Below, piece by piece: positions 9,024-19,766 of a DNA stretch of 64,000 nucleotides. The first letter of the stretch is position 1. The number at the start of each line of letters is the position of its first letter. Origin of the DNA: Candidatus Bathyarchaeota archaeon (lineage in GTDB: Archaea > Thermoproteota > Bathyarchaeia > Bathyarchaeales > Bathycorpusculaceae); the NCBI GenBank assembly GCA_963827165.1, contig CAWGZR010000010.1, positions 288,001 to 352,000 of the forward strand, in the 5' to 3' direction. The translations under genes and the position numbers were made by a program. Below the pieces are notes generated by a model. That model had not been told where the DNA came from. It did not search any database and worked only from the letters and a program-made list of their open reading frames with translations.

Positions 9024-9859
9024 GACTACTTTTTACAAATGGTCAATGAAAATTGGTTCGCTCGCAGAATTTTTCTTTACTTTAGTTGGAACATCGTTTA
9101 GCGTCAAAACTATCGGAACAACGCCACTATCCAGATTTTCCATTCTATATTTTGGTTGAGTTTTCATTTTGCCACTTCTCCGTGTTTCATGCGGCTAAGA
9201 CAACTAACAATTGCAGCGGTCTTTTGAAAAGACAATCAGTAATAGTAAGATATAAGATTTGCGTTGTTTCACCGCGAGTAAAAGCTAAACTTGGCGTCCA
9301 AACCTTTTCTTCATGCATTCTTCACAAAAACTGTTCTTGAATTTTCTTTTTCCCATGGGTTGAAAGAGTTGTCCGCACCTGCCACAGTTATTTGGCTAAC
9401 TACTTTGGGCTCAAGCAGTTTGAGCCTTCTCTCAATTTCAGCCTTAACATCCGAATCAACCTCCCCCCTCCCTAGCATTTTTCAACAAAGCTTTAGCTTG
9501 TTCCAAGCTTCCGTCTCCGAATAGTTTAAGGAAGGCACTAGCTGTTTTCCCTTTCAGAATTGAGAAGGCAGCATACAAACAAAATTCTGAGGATACCTCT
9601 TTGATTTGCTTAGGTCAACAACAGGGAAGCGGAAGTTTTTTCGCCCGTTATTGTCATCTGTGTAATCTACGAAAACTCGCAGACTGATGCTCAAATTAGT
9701 TAATCTTTGAACGGAGAAACATGACTAAGTTATATTGTGATTGCTTAAGAGTCAATAACGTTGGATAGACCAGTATTTTCTCATGATATTCTTTAAAATC
9801 ACAGCGTTTATTGTCTACGCCGGGTTCATACAAAAACTTAAAGGTGAATTCAAGCTCAT

Positions 9860-10345
9860 ATGCTTGAGGGCACAATCCTGAACCTGATTGAGAAAACGAA
9901 TCTGAAAACAATCGACCCTGAATTGTTAAAGATAACAAAACTTTCCACAGAAGAAGACATCTTTTTTGTTGAACTACCGTTAGATAGAATCCCACAGGAA
10001 GAGTGGAGGGAACTCTTTGAAAAAGAATTGAAAAAAACTGCTCTACCATTAGCCATAACAGAAAAATCGAATGATTCTTCCCTGATAGGTAAACCTAACT
10101 ATGCAAACAGTTTGCAAGGGGACACAATTTCAATTATCACTCATCCAAGAAAACTTCAAGAAGACATTGAATTAGTTATGCAGTTGATAAAAACGGTCAA
10201 TAATAGAGTTGATCAATTTAATAAAGAAGTTAATGAGCAAAACAACAAAGAAAAATTAAAAACCAAAAATGACAAAGAAATTATAAGTGAAATGCGCGAA
10301 TCTCTTAGGAAAAATCCACCAACGCAGCCGCTTGATAGAACTTAG
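9860..10345 (+). CDS. Hypothetical protein with C-terminal coiled coil
   Basis: 161-aa ORF with AGGTGA RBS upstream. Confidence 0.65.
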   Translation: MLEGTILNLIEKTNLKTIDPELLKITKLSTEEDIFFVELPLDRIPQEEWRELFEKELKKTALPLAITEKSNDSSLIGKPNYANSLQGDTISIITHPRKLQEDIELVMQLIKTVNNRVDQFNKEVNEQNNKEKLKTKNDKEIISEMRESLRKNPPTQPLDRT

Positions 10346-10430
10346 AGAGAATGTTATCTTTTTATGTAAATAACTGAAAAGGTAAGTGATTTCATTTTTT
10401 CACTAAACGATTTAGTTTTGGTATTGGCAC

Positions 10431-10910
10431 TTACTGGGGTTCAATCCACGATATATCATGTCCACCTTGCAAATAATCGTGTCTCCACACGATTTCTGCA
10501 ACAGAAAAAACCCAAGTGCATTGTCCATCAGCATCCGCATGATGTATCAGTTGCATAGTTTCATCAATGCGTACAACAGGCATTATGTGCCAACCCTGAC
10601 CGTTACCTATAGATAACGAAATCAGGCAAGGTTTTTGCTCTTCTAAAAGGGATTTGACCCGGTTCACTTTCTCTATTCCTGTGGCGAAACTTTCCACTTT
10701 AATATTAATTGTAGGATAAACGCTTCTAATCTTGGCTGAAACAGAGTCAAAACTATTACCTTGACCAAGGTCAAAATCCTCCTGAAAGGTCCCAAGATTC
10801 ACTCCTTGAATCTTCAAATATCGAATCAGCCACTCATAGCCCGTTGGAACACAACCAGATTCATGACGTTGCGGAACTAAAGTTTTGCTCCAGTCCAATA
10901 ATTCTGTCAT
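10431..10910 (-). CDS. Papain-like (C39-like) cysteine peptidase domain protein
   Basis: PQRHESGCVP (Q...C) and GWHIMPVV (His) pattern. Confidence 0.55.
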   Translation of the reverse strand: MTELLDWSKTLVPQRHESGCVPTGYEWLIRYLKIQGVNLGTFQEDFDLGQGNSFDSVSAKIRSVYPTINIKVESFATGIEKVNRVKSLLEEQKPCLISLSIGNGQGWHIMPVVRIDETMQLIHHADADGQCTWVFSVAEIVWRHDYLQGGHDISWIEPQ

Positions 10911-11183
10911 TTGTCAACAGGATAGTATGACAACAATAACCGCTTAAGAATGTTGACTCAGATTCTGAAAAAATCCGTGGAAACATAAACCTCCATCGCA
11001 GATGTCCTAACTAACTCGGAAAGAATCCCTGCACCCCCGAGTGCCATGAGAGAAGACAGCCATAAGCGAAACAGGTTACTCGTCGTGGGTAATTTCAGAT
11101 AACGGATGGTAAACCGGCTCTTCGTTCTGATGAACTTTGAGCCCCCTTCAGAAAGACAAGCAAGCTGGCTAGTCAAAGGCGTC

Positions 11184-11450
11184 CTAACGTACGGATACCT
11201 TCGCTTTAAGCACAAAAACCCGCAGATTAATCCTTGACGGGCAAACAAAAGTGCAGTTTCCGCAGCCCACACATAGGTCAACCCGCAGTTTCCGGAGCGT
11301 TTCTTTCTTGTTTTTTTCGAAAGCCTCTTTGATTAAAACTGGGCTCAGGTTATGCGGGCAACTGCGCATGCAGACGCCGCAGCGGATGCAAGCCACCGAC
11401 TTGTCTTCCTGTGACTTAGCAGGATTCTCAAGCGTTTGAGAGGTACCCAT
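11184..11450 (-). CDS. Stand-alone 2x[4Fe-4S] ferredoxin resembling the RnfC C-terminal domain
   Basis: CIRCGVCMRSCP and CVGCGNCTFVCPSRINL; likely ATG 11450. Confidence 0.8.
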   Translation of the reverse strand: MGTSQTLENPAKSQEDKSVACIRCGVCMRSCPHNLSPVLIKEAFEKNKKETLRKLRVDLCVGCGNCTFVCPSRINLRVFVLKAKVSVR

Positions 11451-11660
11451 ATGTATCCCTTTATTAAAAAGCTGATTCGCAAAAGACAATTATATAGGTT
11501 TTTGATAAACTAAAATTTAGCAGAAAAACCGCAAAAGAGCAGGAAAAGAGAGTTCTTGCCCCCAAAAAATCAGGCCAGCAATGTGCCAAGCGATCTATCC
11601 TTTAGAAACGCTTATTACCCTTCGCCTGCGATGTTTATTCGTAGATTCTGAAGGCTTTTT

Positions 11661-12707
11661 ATGGCTTCTGAGAAAACCCGTCCACTCTATTCTAGTGATT
11701 TCCAGTCTTACTGCGGCAACGCCAAGAAACTGGTAGATTCGGAACTTCAAGCGCTGCTGCCAGTAGTTGCGGAGTTGAAGCTGCGGAAACAAATCGAGTA
11801 CGCCTTGCAGACCAGTGGGAAACGGCTTCGACCCACTTTGGTTCTTCTTTGTGGAGAAAGCGTTGGGGGCAATAGGGAGCGGCTTCGCAAGTTGGCTTTG
11901 GCGTTTGAGTTGCTGCATTTGGCGACGCTTGTCCACGATGACGTTTTGGACGAGGATTTGTTTCGCAGAAATTCTCTTTCGGTTTATGCGAAATGGAGCA
12001 TTAAAGACGCGATTTTGGTGGGTGACGTTTTGGCTTCGCTTTCGCTGTCTCTATGCAAGGGCTACAAGCGGGAAATCCTTAACGTGATGATAGACACGTG
12101 CATGCAGCTGTCCGACGGTGAGTACAGCGATGTTGAGTTGGCTGGAACGGGCTTAAGCGAGGATGATTATTTTGGCAAAATCAAAAAGAAATGTGCGTCG
12201 CTTTTCAGTGCAGCCTGCGAATGCGGAGGCCTTGCAGCCGATGGCTCATCTAACGTGACGGGTGCTTTGAGACTTTTCGGCGAAAACTATGGGATCGCTT
12301 ACCAGATACGGGACGACGTCTTGGATGCGGAGGAATGGGGAAACGACCTTCAACCCGACATAAACAAGTTCCGAGCAACACTTCCAATAATCCACGCCTA
12401 TCAAACCGCAAACCCAGAGAAACAGGTGCGTTTCAGAAGGCTACTTGCCGCAAATACAGCAGAAAACTTGAGCGTTTTCCTGAGGGAAGTTCAGGTTTAT
12501 TTCGAAAAAGGTTCTTTAGATTACTGCACAGGCAGAGTAGATGATTTTGTTGATAGCGCAGTTGCATGTTTGGCGCCTATTAGAGAGAGCAGACTGAAAG
12601 GTTATCTAAAAGAGATGGCAGAGGGGCTTAGAATCAAAGGTCCCGAAGTGAGCGTCGAAAAAGTTCTCTCAGAAACCCCTCGCAGACCGGTTTCGCCAAT
12701 TTACTGA
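11661..12707 (+). CDS. Polyprenyl diphosphate synthase
   Basis: GKRLRP, LVHDDVLD..RR, AYQIRDDVLD. Confidence 0.92.
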   Translation: MASEKTRPLYSSDFQSYCGNAKKLVDSELQALLPVVAELKLRKQIEYALQTSGKRLRPTLVLLCGESVGGNRERLRKLALAFELLHLATLVHDDVLDEDLFRRNSLSVYAKWSIKDAILVGDVLASLSLSLCKGYKREILNVMIDTCMQLSDGEYSDVELAGTGLSEDDYFGKIKKKCASLFSAACECGGLAADGSSNVTGALRLFGENYGIAYQIRDDVLDAEEWGNDLQPDINKFRATLPIIHAYQTANPEKQVRFRRLLAANTAENLSVFLREVQVYFEKGSLDYCTGRVDDFVDSAVACLAPIRESRLKGYLKEMAEGLRIKGPEVSVEKVLSETPRRPVSPIY

Positions 12708-12761
12708 GCAATGGGTAGTGATTCATAGTTCTTAATTCCGTTTTGCTAAGGACGTGAAAGT

Positions 12762-14255
12762 TTGACTGGGAAGTTGCAGCTAGCCGGCGAAGTTTTTTGG
12801 GATGAGGCGTCTCTCAAAGCTTACTCGGGGGATATGAGTCATTACTCAGTTAAGCCCCGGATGGTTGCTGTCCCGGCAAACGAAAACGACATAGACAAAC
12901 TGATTGTCTACGCAAAAGAAGAGTCCATCCCCATAACTCCGCGTGGCGCAGGCTCGAACCAGTCAGGCTCCGCCGTCGGCCCAGGCATAATCGTTTTGTT
13001 CTCAAAAATGAACGCAGCCATTAAGAGGGACGGTCGAAGAGTACGCGTGCAGTCTGGGATGATTCACCAAGTTTTGGATCAGCATTTGGCTTTGGATGGA
13101 CTTCGAATTCCGTATGACCCGACCTCACGTGGGTTTTGCACTATAGGCGGCAATGTCGCGACTAAAGCAAGCGGGCTTAGAAGCCTCAAGTATGGTACAG
13201 TTGATTCGGCAATTAGAAACCTGCGTTTCTTCGACATCGCCCACGGGTTAATCGACACTTCCAAAGGCTTACCAGAAAACTTGGAAGAAGCAATCGTAGA
13301 TTTGAAAAAAAGGCTTACCAACGACAAAGACGCGATGGAAATCTTGAAAGTGCGATGCAACCTCAAATCCAGCAGCGGCTACAACCTGAGAAGCCTCATA
13401 GAATACGAGCAACCAAGCGAAGTCGTCACTCATCTTCTTGCGGGTTCGGTTGGCACGCTAGGCGTTTTCAGTGAAGTGGAGTTGGAGGCAGTTCCAATCC
13501 CCAAAAGCGTCAGCCTTTATGTTGTCTTTTTCCGTTCCCTCTTAGCAGCAACTGAAGAGGTCCTAAAAATAGTGGCTTTCAAACCATCAGCCCTTGAACT
13601 CATGGACGCTTATGGCGTTGATTTGCTCAGGGTAACAAACGAAGTCGATGTTCCGCTTGACTGCAAAGCGGTTCTGCTTGTGGAATTCGACTCTGACTTA
13701 GACAGCGCAAGCGAGCTGATGGCGGGTTATTTGAAGGAGAAATCAAGAGAGTTCTCAGTCGAAAATGATGTGAAAAAACAAGCCACTCTTTGGAGGGTCA
13801 GGGAGTCGATGCTGCTTTGGATTATGAATTCGCTTGAAACACCGCAAAAAAGGTTTCCACCCTTCGCCGACGACATCGCGGTACCTTTGGAGAAACTGCC
13901 GAGTTTCGTTGACGCCGTTCAGCAGACGTTGGCAAGCTCTGGGACGATTGCGGTCATTTATGGGCATGCGGGCGAGGGAAATCTGCACATACGACCAATG
14001 ATAGGAGTCGAAAACTGGAAAGAAAACCTCAGAAACCTCTCCAACCTAATCTTCGAGACTGCATTGAATATAGGAGGCACCATAACGGCTGAACATGGGC
14101 TTGGAAGAAATAGATCCCGATATCTCCGTGAAGAATGGGGTGACAAACTTTACAACTACTTTTTGGAAGTCAAGAACATTTTTGATCCCGCTGATCTTCT
14201 AAACCCAGGCGTTGTTTTCACGTCGGATGATTTAACAGAAAACCTTCTGCCTTAG
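12762..14255 (+). CDS. FAD-linked oxidoreductase, GlcD/D-lactate dehydrogenase family
   Basis: PRGAGS, CTIGGNVAT, GHAGEGNLH, TAEHGLG, FDP..LLNPG. Confidence 0.9.
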   Translation: MTGKLQLAGEVFWDEASLKAYSGDMSHYSVKPRMVAVPANENDIDKLIVYAKEESIPITPRGAGSNQSGSAVGPGIIVLFSKMNAAIKRDGRRVRVQSGMIHQVLDQHLALDGLRIPYDPTSRGFCTIGGNVATKASGLRSLKYGTVDSAIRNLRFFDIAHGLIDTSKGLPENLEEAIVDLKKRLTNDKDAMEILKVRCNLKSSSGYNLRSLIEYEQPSEVVTHLLAGSVGTLGVFSEVELEAVPIPKSVSLYVVFFRSLLAATEEVLKIVAFKPSALELMDAYGVDLLRVTNEVDVPLDCKAVLLVEFDSDLDSASELMAGYLKEKSREFSVENDVKKQATLWRVRESMLLWIMNSLETPQKRFPPFADDIAVPLEKLPSFVDAVQQTLASSGTIAVIYGHAGEGNLHIRPMIGVENWKENLRNLSNLIFETALNIGGTITAEHGLGRNRSRYLREEWGDKLYNYFLEVKNIFDPADLLNPGVVFTSDDLTENLLP

Positions 14256-14443
14256 CATGCAAGCAAACGCCGTGTTTGTAGTGTGGCAGCTACAACAAAC
14301 TCTTTTATTCGCAGGAAAACTCATTTTTCAAAGGGTATTCTTATGCATTTTTTAGAGGTAGGATATTATCAAAGTTCCAAAAAAACGCATTCCTTTTTGT
14401 TTGGAAAAATTCGAAAGTTTAAATCAGGATGTGCTGACTGAAA

Positions 14444-15664
14444 ATGGAAACTCAAACAACGTCTCAGCCTGCCGCTAAGGATACTGGTTTACGTGGAATC
14501 CTTATCGCCGACACGGCTATATCACTTATCGATGGCGCAAAAGGCGAGCTTTCTTATCGTGGATTCGACATCCACGACTTAGCATCTTACTCAACCAGCG
14601 AAGAAGTTGCGTACCTTCTTCTTTACGGCAACCTGCCATCCACATCACAAGCAGAGGAATTCTCCAAGATGCTTGCTGCGGAGAGAAAACTGCCGCCCAG
14701 CACAATTGAAGTTCTAAAAAAGATTCCCAATGCAACTACGCCGATGGATGTTTTGCAAGCGACTGTGGCATTGCTGGCGGAATCTGACTCTGAAAAACGC
14801 ATCGACTCCAAAGAAGCCAACCTTAAACGCGCCGCACGACTCACATCTTTAATACCTACGATTGTAGCGTTTTGGGAAAGAATTAGAAAGAACCAACCAC
14901 TAGTCGAGCCAGACCCGAAACTTGCCAGAGCAGCAAATTTCCTTTACATGCTTACGGGCGAGGTGCCCGATCTAGAGACTGCGAAGGATTTTGACACTTG
15001 CCTTGTACTGCAGGCTGAACATTCCTTTAACGCCTCCACCTTCGCCGCAAGAGTTGTCGCTTCTACTCGGGCGCACATGTACGCCGCTGTTAGCGCCGCG
15101 GTTGGGTCGCTTTCAGGAGAATTGCATGGAGGCGCGAACATGCAAGTTATGCGGAACCTTATGGAAATCGGCGAACCAGCTAAAGTTGACGCTTGGGTTA
15201 AATCCAAGTTTGACAATCATGAACGAGTCATGGGCATGGGACACGCCGTTTACAAAGCGCTGGATCCCAGAGCGGATTTGCTTAGTCACATATCTGAAAA
15301 GCTTGCCAGGCGAACAGGCGAGCCAAAATGGTACTTGATGACTAAAGAGATTGAGCTCGCCACCCAACGTGAGTACCGTGAGCGCAAAGGCGGCGAAATA
15401 TACCCGAACGTTGACCTTTACAGCGCCAGCGTTTACCACATGCTCGGCATCCCCGACGACCTCTTCACACCCATCTTCGCCATATCTAGAATTCCAGGTT
15501 GGGCAGCCCACATCATCGAAGAAAAGTTTCCCGCGCCCCCAATCAAACCTGAACTTTACCGTCCATCCGCCCAGTACCAAGGAAACTATTGCGGAGTCAT
15601 TGGCTGCAAATACGTACCTATGGGTAATCGGACAGCGCCAAGTCAACAACAAACAAAGAGTTAA
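14444..15664 (+). CDS. Citrate / 2-methylcitrate synthase
   Basis: EHSFNAST, LHGGAN, GMGHAVYK..DPR, YPNVD. Confidence 0.95.
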   Translation: METQTTSQPAAKDTGLRGILIADTAISLIDGAKGELSYRGFDIHDLASYSTSEEVAYLLLYGNLPSTSQAEEFSKMLAAERKLPPSTIEVLKKIPNATTPMDVLQATVALLAESDSEKRIDSKEANLKRAARLTSLIPTIVAFWERIRKNQPLVEPDPKLARAANFLYMLTGEVPDLETAKDFDTCLVLQAEHSFNASTFAARVVASTRAHMYAAVSAAVGSLSGELHGGANMQVMRNLMEIGEPAKVDAWVKSKFDNHERVMGMGHAVYKALDPRADLLSHISEKLARRTGEPKWYLMTKEIELATQREYRERKGGEIYPNVDLYSASVYHMLGIPDDLFTPIFAISRIPGWAAHIIEEKFPAPPIKPELYRPSAQYQGNYCGVIGCKYVPMGNRTAPSQQQTKS

Positions 15665-15709
15665 CAACCAAAAAGGGCTGAAAAATAAGAAACTACGGGG
15701 CTTTGATTA

Positions 15710-16444
15710 TTAGGTTGAACTTCTGGTTTTCGGTCGCAATTCCTCAAAGATTCTTTTTCTTACTTCCAAAATGCGCTTGGTTACCTGAATAGATTTGGGG
15801 CAGACGAGTGTGCACCTGTAATATGTTTTGCAGCCAAATGCACCGTGCGGCTGATCCATAATTGCAAGGCGATCAAGCATATCTTTTACGCGGCTGTCAA
15901 AGATGTATCTGTGTGCGCGAACGATGGCGGCTGGACCCACATAGGCAGGGTCTTCTTTTTGGCTGACTGGGCAAGCGGAGACGCAACAAGCGCACATTAT
16001 GCATTTTATGTCGTCATCAAACAATGACCGCTGCTCAATCGTCTGCTGATGCTCTTTTCCTTCTTCAACCATAGTCAAGCTTATGCCGTCGGATGGATGA
16101 ACGGATTTTTCTTTCGCAAAGAATTCATCCAGTTCTACAACTAAATCCTTTACGACGGGGAAGACGCTCAGAGGCTCAATTAGAATTTCTTTGTCGGCTG
16201 GGTAGTCTTTCACCAGTTTCTGGCAGGCCAAAGCTGAAACCCCGTTGATGGTCATGCCATCAGAGCCGCAGATGCCGTGGGCGCAACTCATTCGGTAGGC
16301 TAAGCTGCCATCTTGTTCCCATCTGACCTTGTTGAGGCAGTCAAGCAGTCTATCAGTGGATTTGGCGTCGACGACGAATTTGTCGTAGCGAGGTTCCTTG
16401 TCAACTTTAGGGTCGAAACGGAAGATTTTCAATTTGACGTTCAT
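15710..16444 (-). CDS. sdhB: Succinate dehydrogenase/fumarate reductase Fe-S subunit
   Basis: SCAHGICGSD, LAC, CIMCACCVSACP, CKTYYRCTLVCP; likely ATG 16444. Confidence 0.95.
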   Translation of the reverse strand: MNVKLKIFRFDPKVDKEPRYDKFVVDAKSTDRLLDCLNKVRWEQDGSLAYRMSCAHGICGSDGMTINGVSALACQKLVKDYPADKEILIEPLSVFPVVKDLVVELDEFFAKEKSVHPSDGISLTMVEEGKEHQQTIEQRSLFDDDIKCIMCACCVSACPVSQKEDPAYVGPAAIVRAHRYIFDSRVKDMLDRLAIMDQPHGAFGCKTYYRCTLVCPKSIQVTKRILEVRKRIFEELRPKTRSST

Positions 16445-16445
16445 G

Positions 16446-18170
16446 CTAGTACTTCCTCGCTTTAGGTTCAAAACGGGTAATAACCACGGGTTTGTATCTT
16501 GCCTCAAGCCCGCTGGCAGAGGAAAAAGCCATGGTGTGTTTTAGCCAGGCTCCGTCGTTACGACTTGGAAAATCGTTGCGGTAATGGGCACCGCGGCTTT
16601 CCTGTCTCTGCAACGCGGAGTAGACAATAACTTCAGAAAGCTTCAACATATTAGTTAACTCCAATGCGCCTTCGAGCTCAAAGTTGAAACGTTTGCCACT
16701 ATAGCTTAACCCAACATGTGCCATCCTGCCTTGAAGCTCGCGAATTTTACCCTGCGCCTGCTCCAAACCCACCTTGTCACGGAAAACGCTGCATAACTGG
16801 GTCATGGTTCTCTGCATTTCTGCACGAATTATTGCCACACGTTCCTTTCCAGCTGAAGCCAACAGCGAATCGATTTTTGAAGAAACCATTTTCTCGGCGG
16901 CTGCGTCGAGCGGGACTTGCTGGTTCCCGGAAACATAATTCACGATATGTAAGCCTGCTCTTTTTCCGAAGACCACCAGATCAACCAGCGAGTTTGTCCC
17001 AAGCCTGTTTGCTCCATGAACGCTTACACAGGCACATTCGCCCGCTGCATACAAGCTAGGCACAATAATGGATTTCTCATCTGCAAGTACGCGCGCCTGG
17101 GCGTCGGTAGGCACGCCGCCCATCATATAGTGGCATGTTGGCGCAACGGGAATCAATGATTCACTTGCGTCTATGCCGAGGTAATTCTTAACAAATGACG
17201 TGACTTCCGAAAGTTTTTCCTGCAACTGGTCCTTTCCTAGGTGCGTTAAATCCAAGTAAACATAGTCCGACCCATCTACGCCTCTGCCCTGGGCAACCTC
17301 AGTTAAAATTGCTCTGGAAATTATGTCTCTGGGCGCCAAGTCCTTGAGCGTGGGAGCGTAACGCTCCATAAACCGTTCACCCTTGCCGTTCCGCAACACG
17401 CCGCCTTCAGCCCTTGCCGCCTCGCTGACCAATATGCCTAATCCATGTATGCCTGTTGGGTGAAACTGGACGAACTCCATATCTTCAAGAGGAACTCCGG
17501 CGTCAAAAGCCAAAGAGAAACCATCTCCTGTGGCAGCGAAAGACATCGAAGTCGTTTGGAAGATTCTACCGCAGCCGCCGGAAGCAAGCAAAACCGCTTT
17601 CGCATGGAAAACCATCGGCTCACCCGTCGCTAACTCGTACCCAGAAACGCCGCAGATTTGTCCCTCAGATTTTAAGAGCGACGTGACGAAGACTTCATTG
17701 AATATTTTTACGCCTCGAACCATGCAGTGATCGTAGAGGGTATCCATTATTACCCGTCCCGTCCTATCAGAGGCGTAGCAAGCCCGTTTGACAGGGGCTT
17801 CGCCAAAATTTTTCGTGTGACCGCCGAACCGTCTCTGCTCAATCGTTCCTTTATCATTGCGGCTGAAAGGGACGCCAAGATGTTCCAACTCAATCACGCG
17901 TTCCGGTGCCTCCCGAGCCAAAATTTCAGCTATATCCTGATCTGCCAAATAGTCGCTGCCCTTCACCGTGTCGAACATGTGCCATTCCCAGCGGTCTTCC
18001 TCCTCGTTTCCAAGAGCCGCCGCGATCCCCCCCTGGGCAGAGCCGCTGTGACTGCGGGAAGCGTACACCTTGCTGATTACAGCGATGTTGCACGTTTCAG
18101 AAGCAGTTAAGGCAGCAGTTAACCCCGCGATGCCTCCGCCAACGATTACGACGTCAAACTCGTGAATCAT
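16446..18170 (-). CDS. sdhA: Succinate dehydrogenase/fumarate reductase flavoprotein
   Basis: [11 protein letters not shown] (covalent FAD His), [29 protein letters not shown]. Confidence 0.96.
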   Translation of the reverse strand: MIHEFDVVIVGGGIAGLTAALTASETCNIAVISKVYASRSHSGSAQGGIAAALGNEEEDRWEWHMFDTVKGSDYLADQDIAEILAREAPERVIELEHLGVPFSRNDKGTIEQRRFGGHTKNFGEAPVKRACYASDRTGRVIMDTLYDHCMVRGVKIFNEVFVTSLLKSEGQICGVSGYELATGEPMVFHAKAVLLASGGCGRIFQTTSMSFAATGDGFSLAFDAGVPLEDMEFVQFHPTGIHGLGILVSEAARAEGGVLRNGKGERFMERYAPTLKDLAPRDIISRAILTEVAQGRGVDGSDYVYLDLTHLGKDQLQEKLSEVTSFVKNYLGIDASESLIPVAPTCHYMMGGVPTDAQARVLADEKSIIVPSLYAAGECACVSVHGANRLGTNSLVDLVVFGKRAGLHIVNYVSGNQQVPLDAAAEKMVSSKIDSLLASAGKERVAIIRAEMQRTMTQLCSVFRDKVGLEQAQGKIRELQGRMAHVGLSYSGKRFNFELEGALELTNMLKLSEVIVYSALQRQESRGAHYRNDFPSRNDGAWLKHTMAFSSASGLEARYKPVVITRFEPKARKY

Positions 18171-19453
18171 GTTTTTCCAGCCTTTTCATCGAGAACTAGG
18201 ATTTCCCTGCCAATATCTTCAAGGGAATCGCAGCAGGTCATAGCCATTGCCATGCGCAAATCGCTCTTAACGTAGTTGAGGTACATTGCTACGGCTTCGG
18301 GTCCGCCTGCAAGGCTCATCCACGCAAGCGGTCTGCCTATCAAAGCTACATCCGCGCCTAACGCCAGGATTTTCAAAACGTCAAAACCTGTTCTCACCGC
18401 GCCATCAGCCATAATTGTAATTTTTCTTTTGAACTCGTCCACGATTTCGGGAAGGACTTCTGCTACGCCTTTTCCGCAGTCCATTACTCGGCCTCCGTGA
18501 TTGCTGACGTCTAGCGCTTTTGCACCCGAATCGACAACTTTGCCCGCATCCTCTGCATTCATGATTCCCTTGTAGATTACGGGTTTTTCTGTAGAATCGA
18601 CCAGTTCTTTGAGATCGCCCTCGCTTTTGCGGTAAAGCGGCTTGCCCCTCAGCGCCCAATTAGTGGAGCCGTATCCGTCCAAATCAACCCCGATAGCCAC
18701 GACGTCGGCTTGTTCACACCGCTTAAACAGGGTCAAAAGACGATCTTGAGATTGAGGCTTGAAAACAGGAATGCCCCAACCGCCGAGTCGGCCGATAACA
18801 TCTATGCCCGGATGGTCTGGCGCGTCGACTGTGTTGCCGCTTAACCCGACGGTACCTGCTAGCTTAGCGCCTTCAACCATGCCACGCTGGAATTCCTCCT
18901 CGCTCAAGGCGCCATTCATACTAATCAATGTCCCGCTGAAACTTGACGCCAAAACGGGTAAAACAATTTTGTTTCCCAGAAAATTTGTTTCAAAGTTTGG
19001 CTCGAGATGGTCTTTGATGACACGCATTTTCAGCTTATATCGGGATAGGGCTTGGAAGTTTGCGGTCCATGTTTTGCCTTGCCCAGCGCCACCGAACCCG
19101 ATTGGTTTGCCGTACTTCATGCCCTGGCAGAGTCTGTCAGGGTCTCCGTCACACACCTTGTTTACAGCACAGATTCTTGAAAGCTGCTTTCTGGCGATGT
19201 CTCGGTAGTACGTGATGTCTTTTGAGGGTTTTTCATTGGGCGGTGGGAAGTTTCTTTCGTAATTTGCCCTTACTTGAACATATTGTTGTTCGCTGATTTC
19301 TTTGAGGTTCCCTTTCCAATGACCGCAGACAGGGCAGCGCCAAGCGTTTGAAATTTCCGCAAGGTTCGAACCCGGCGGCAACTCCGCTCCTACGTCGCCT
19401 TTTTCCACGTCAAACGTAAAGCTACGGCAAAACCCACACACAAACTTCAACAA
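18167..19453 (-). CDS. Rubredoxin domain fused to FMN-dependent alpha-hydroxy-acid oxidase/dehydrogenase
   Basis: N-terminal CGFC...WRCPVCG; core [27 protein letters not shown]. Confidence 0.9.
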   Translation of the reverse strand: MLKFVCGFCRSFTFDVEKGDVGAELPPGSNLAEISNAWRCPVCGHWKGNLKEISEQQYVQVRANYERNFPPPNEKPSKDITYYRDIARKQLSRICAVNKVCDGDPDRLCQGMKYGKPIGFGGAGQGKTWTANFQALSRYKLKMRVIKDHLEPNFETNFLGNKIVLPVLASSFSGTLISMNGALSEEEFQRGMVEGAKLAGTVGLSGNTVDAPDHPGIDVIGRLGGWGIPVFKPQSQDRLLTLFKRCEQADVVAIGVDLDGYGSTNWALRGKPLYRKSEGDLKELVDSTEKPVIYKGIMNAEDAGKVVDSGAKALDVSNHGGRVMDCGKGVAEVLPEIVDEFKRKITIMADGAVRTGFDVLKILALGADVALIGRPLAWMSLAGGPEAVAMYLNYVKSDLRMAMAMTCCDSLEDIGREILVLDEKAGKT

Positions 19454-19766
19454 TAAACACCGAGTACAATTTGTCCCTTGAGGCGCTGAAACCTAACCAA
19501 ATCCAAGTTTACCGTTTCTAAAAAACTTTTGCAACTCGGTGATAGGAGCCGCTGTTGGCTCGCTATTAATTCTTTTCGCGCGAAGCAGATCAAATGATAA
19601 ATGCTTCACCTACTACCACCAAGCATCCGAGCAACGTAAGAAACAAATACAAAAAGTCCCATTCGTCTATTATGAAAACTTGGAAACTTCAACCTTGGAA
19701 AACACTTAAATCGCAGCCTAAAACCCATTCTTAATGATAGTATTTTGCAGCATTTGAAATGAAGGT

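Noticed and set aside
9086-9524. Short + strand ORFs and broken - strand frames
   Set aside because: Probably a decayed gene; no family could be recognised
11127-11154. CTGATGA...GAAA resembling a hammerhead ribozyme core
   Set aside because: No stem II between the motifs and no convincing stems I and III
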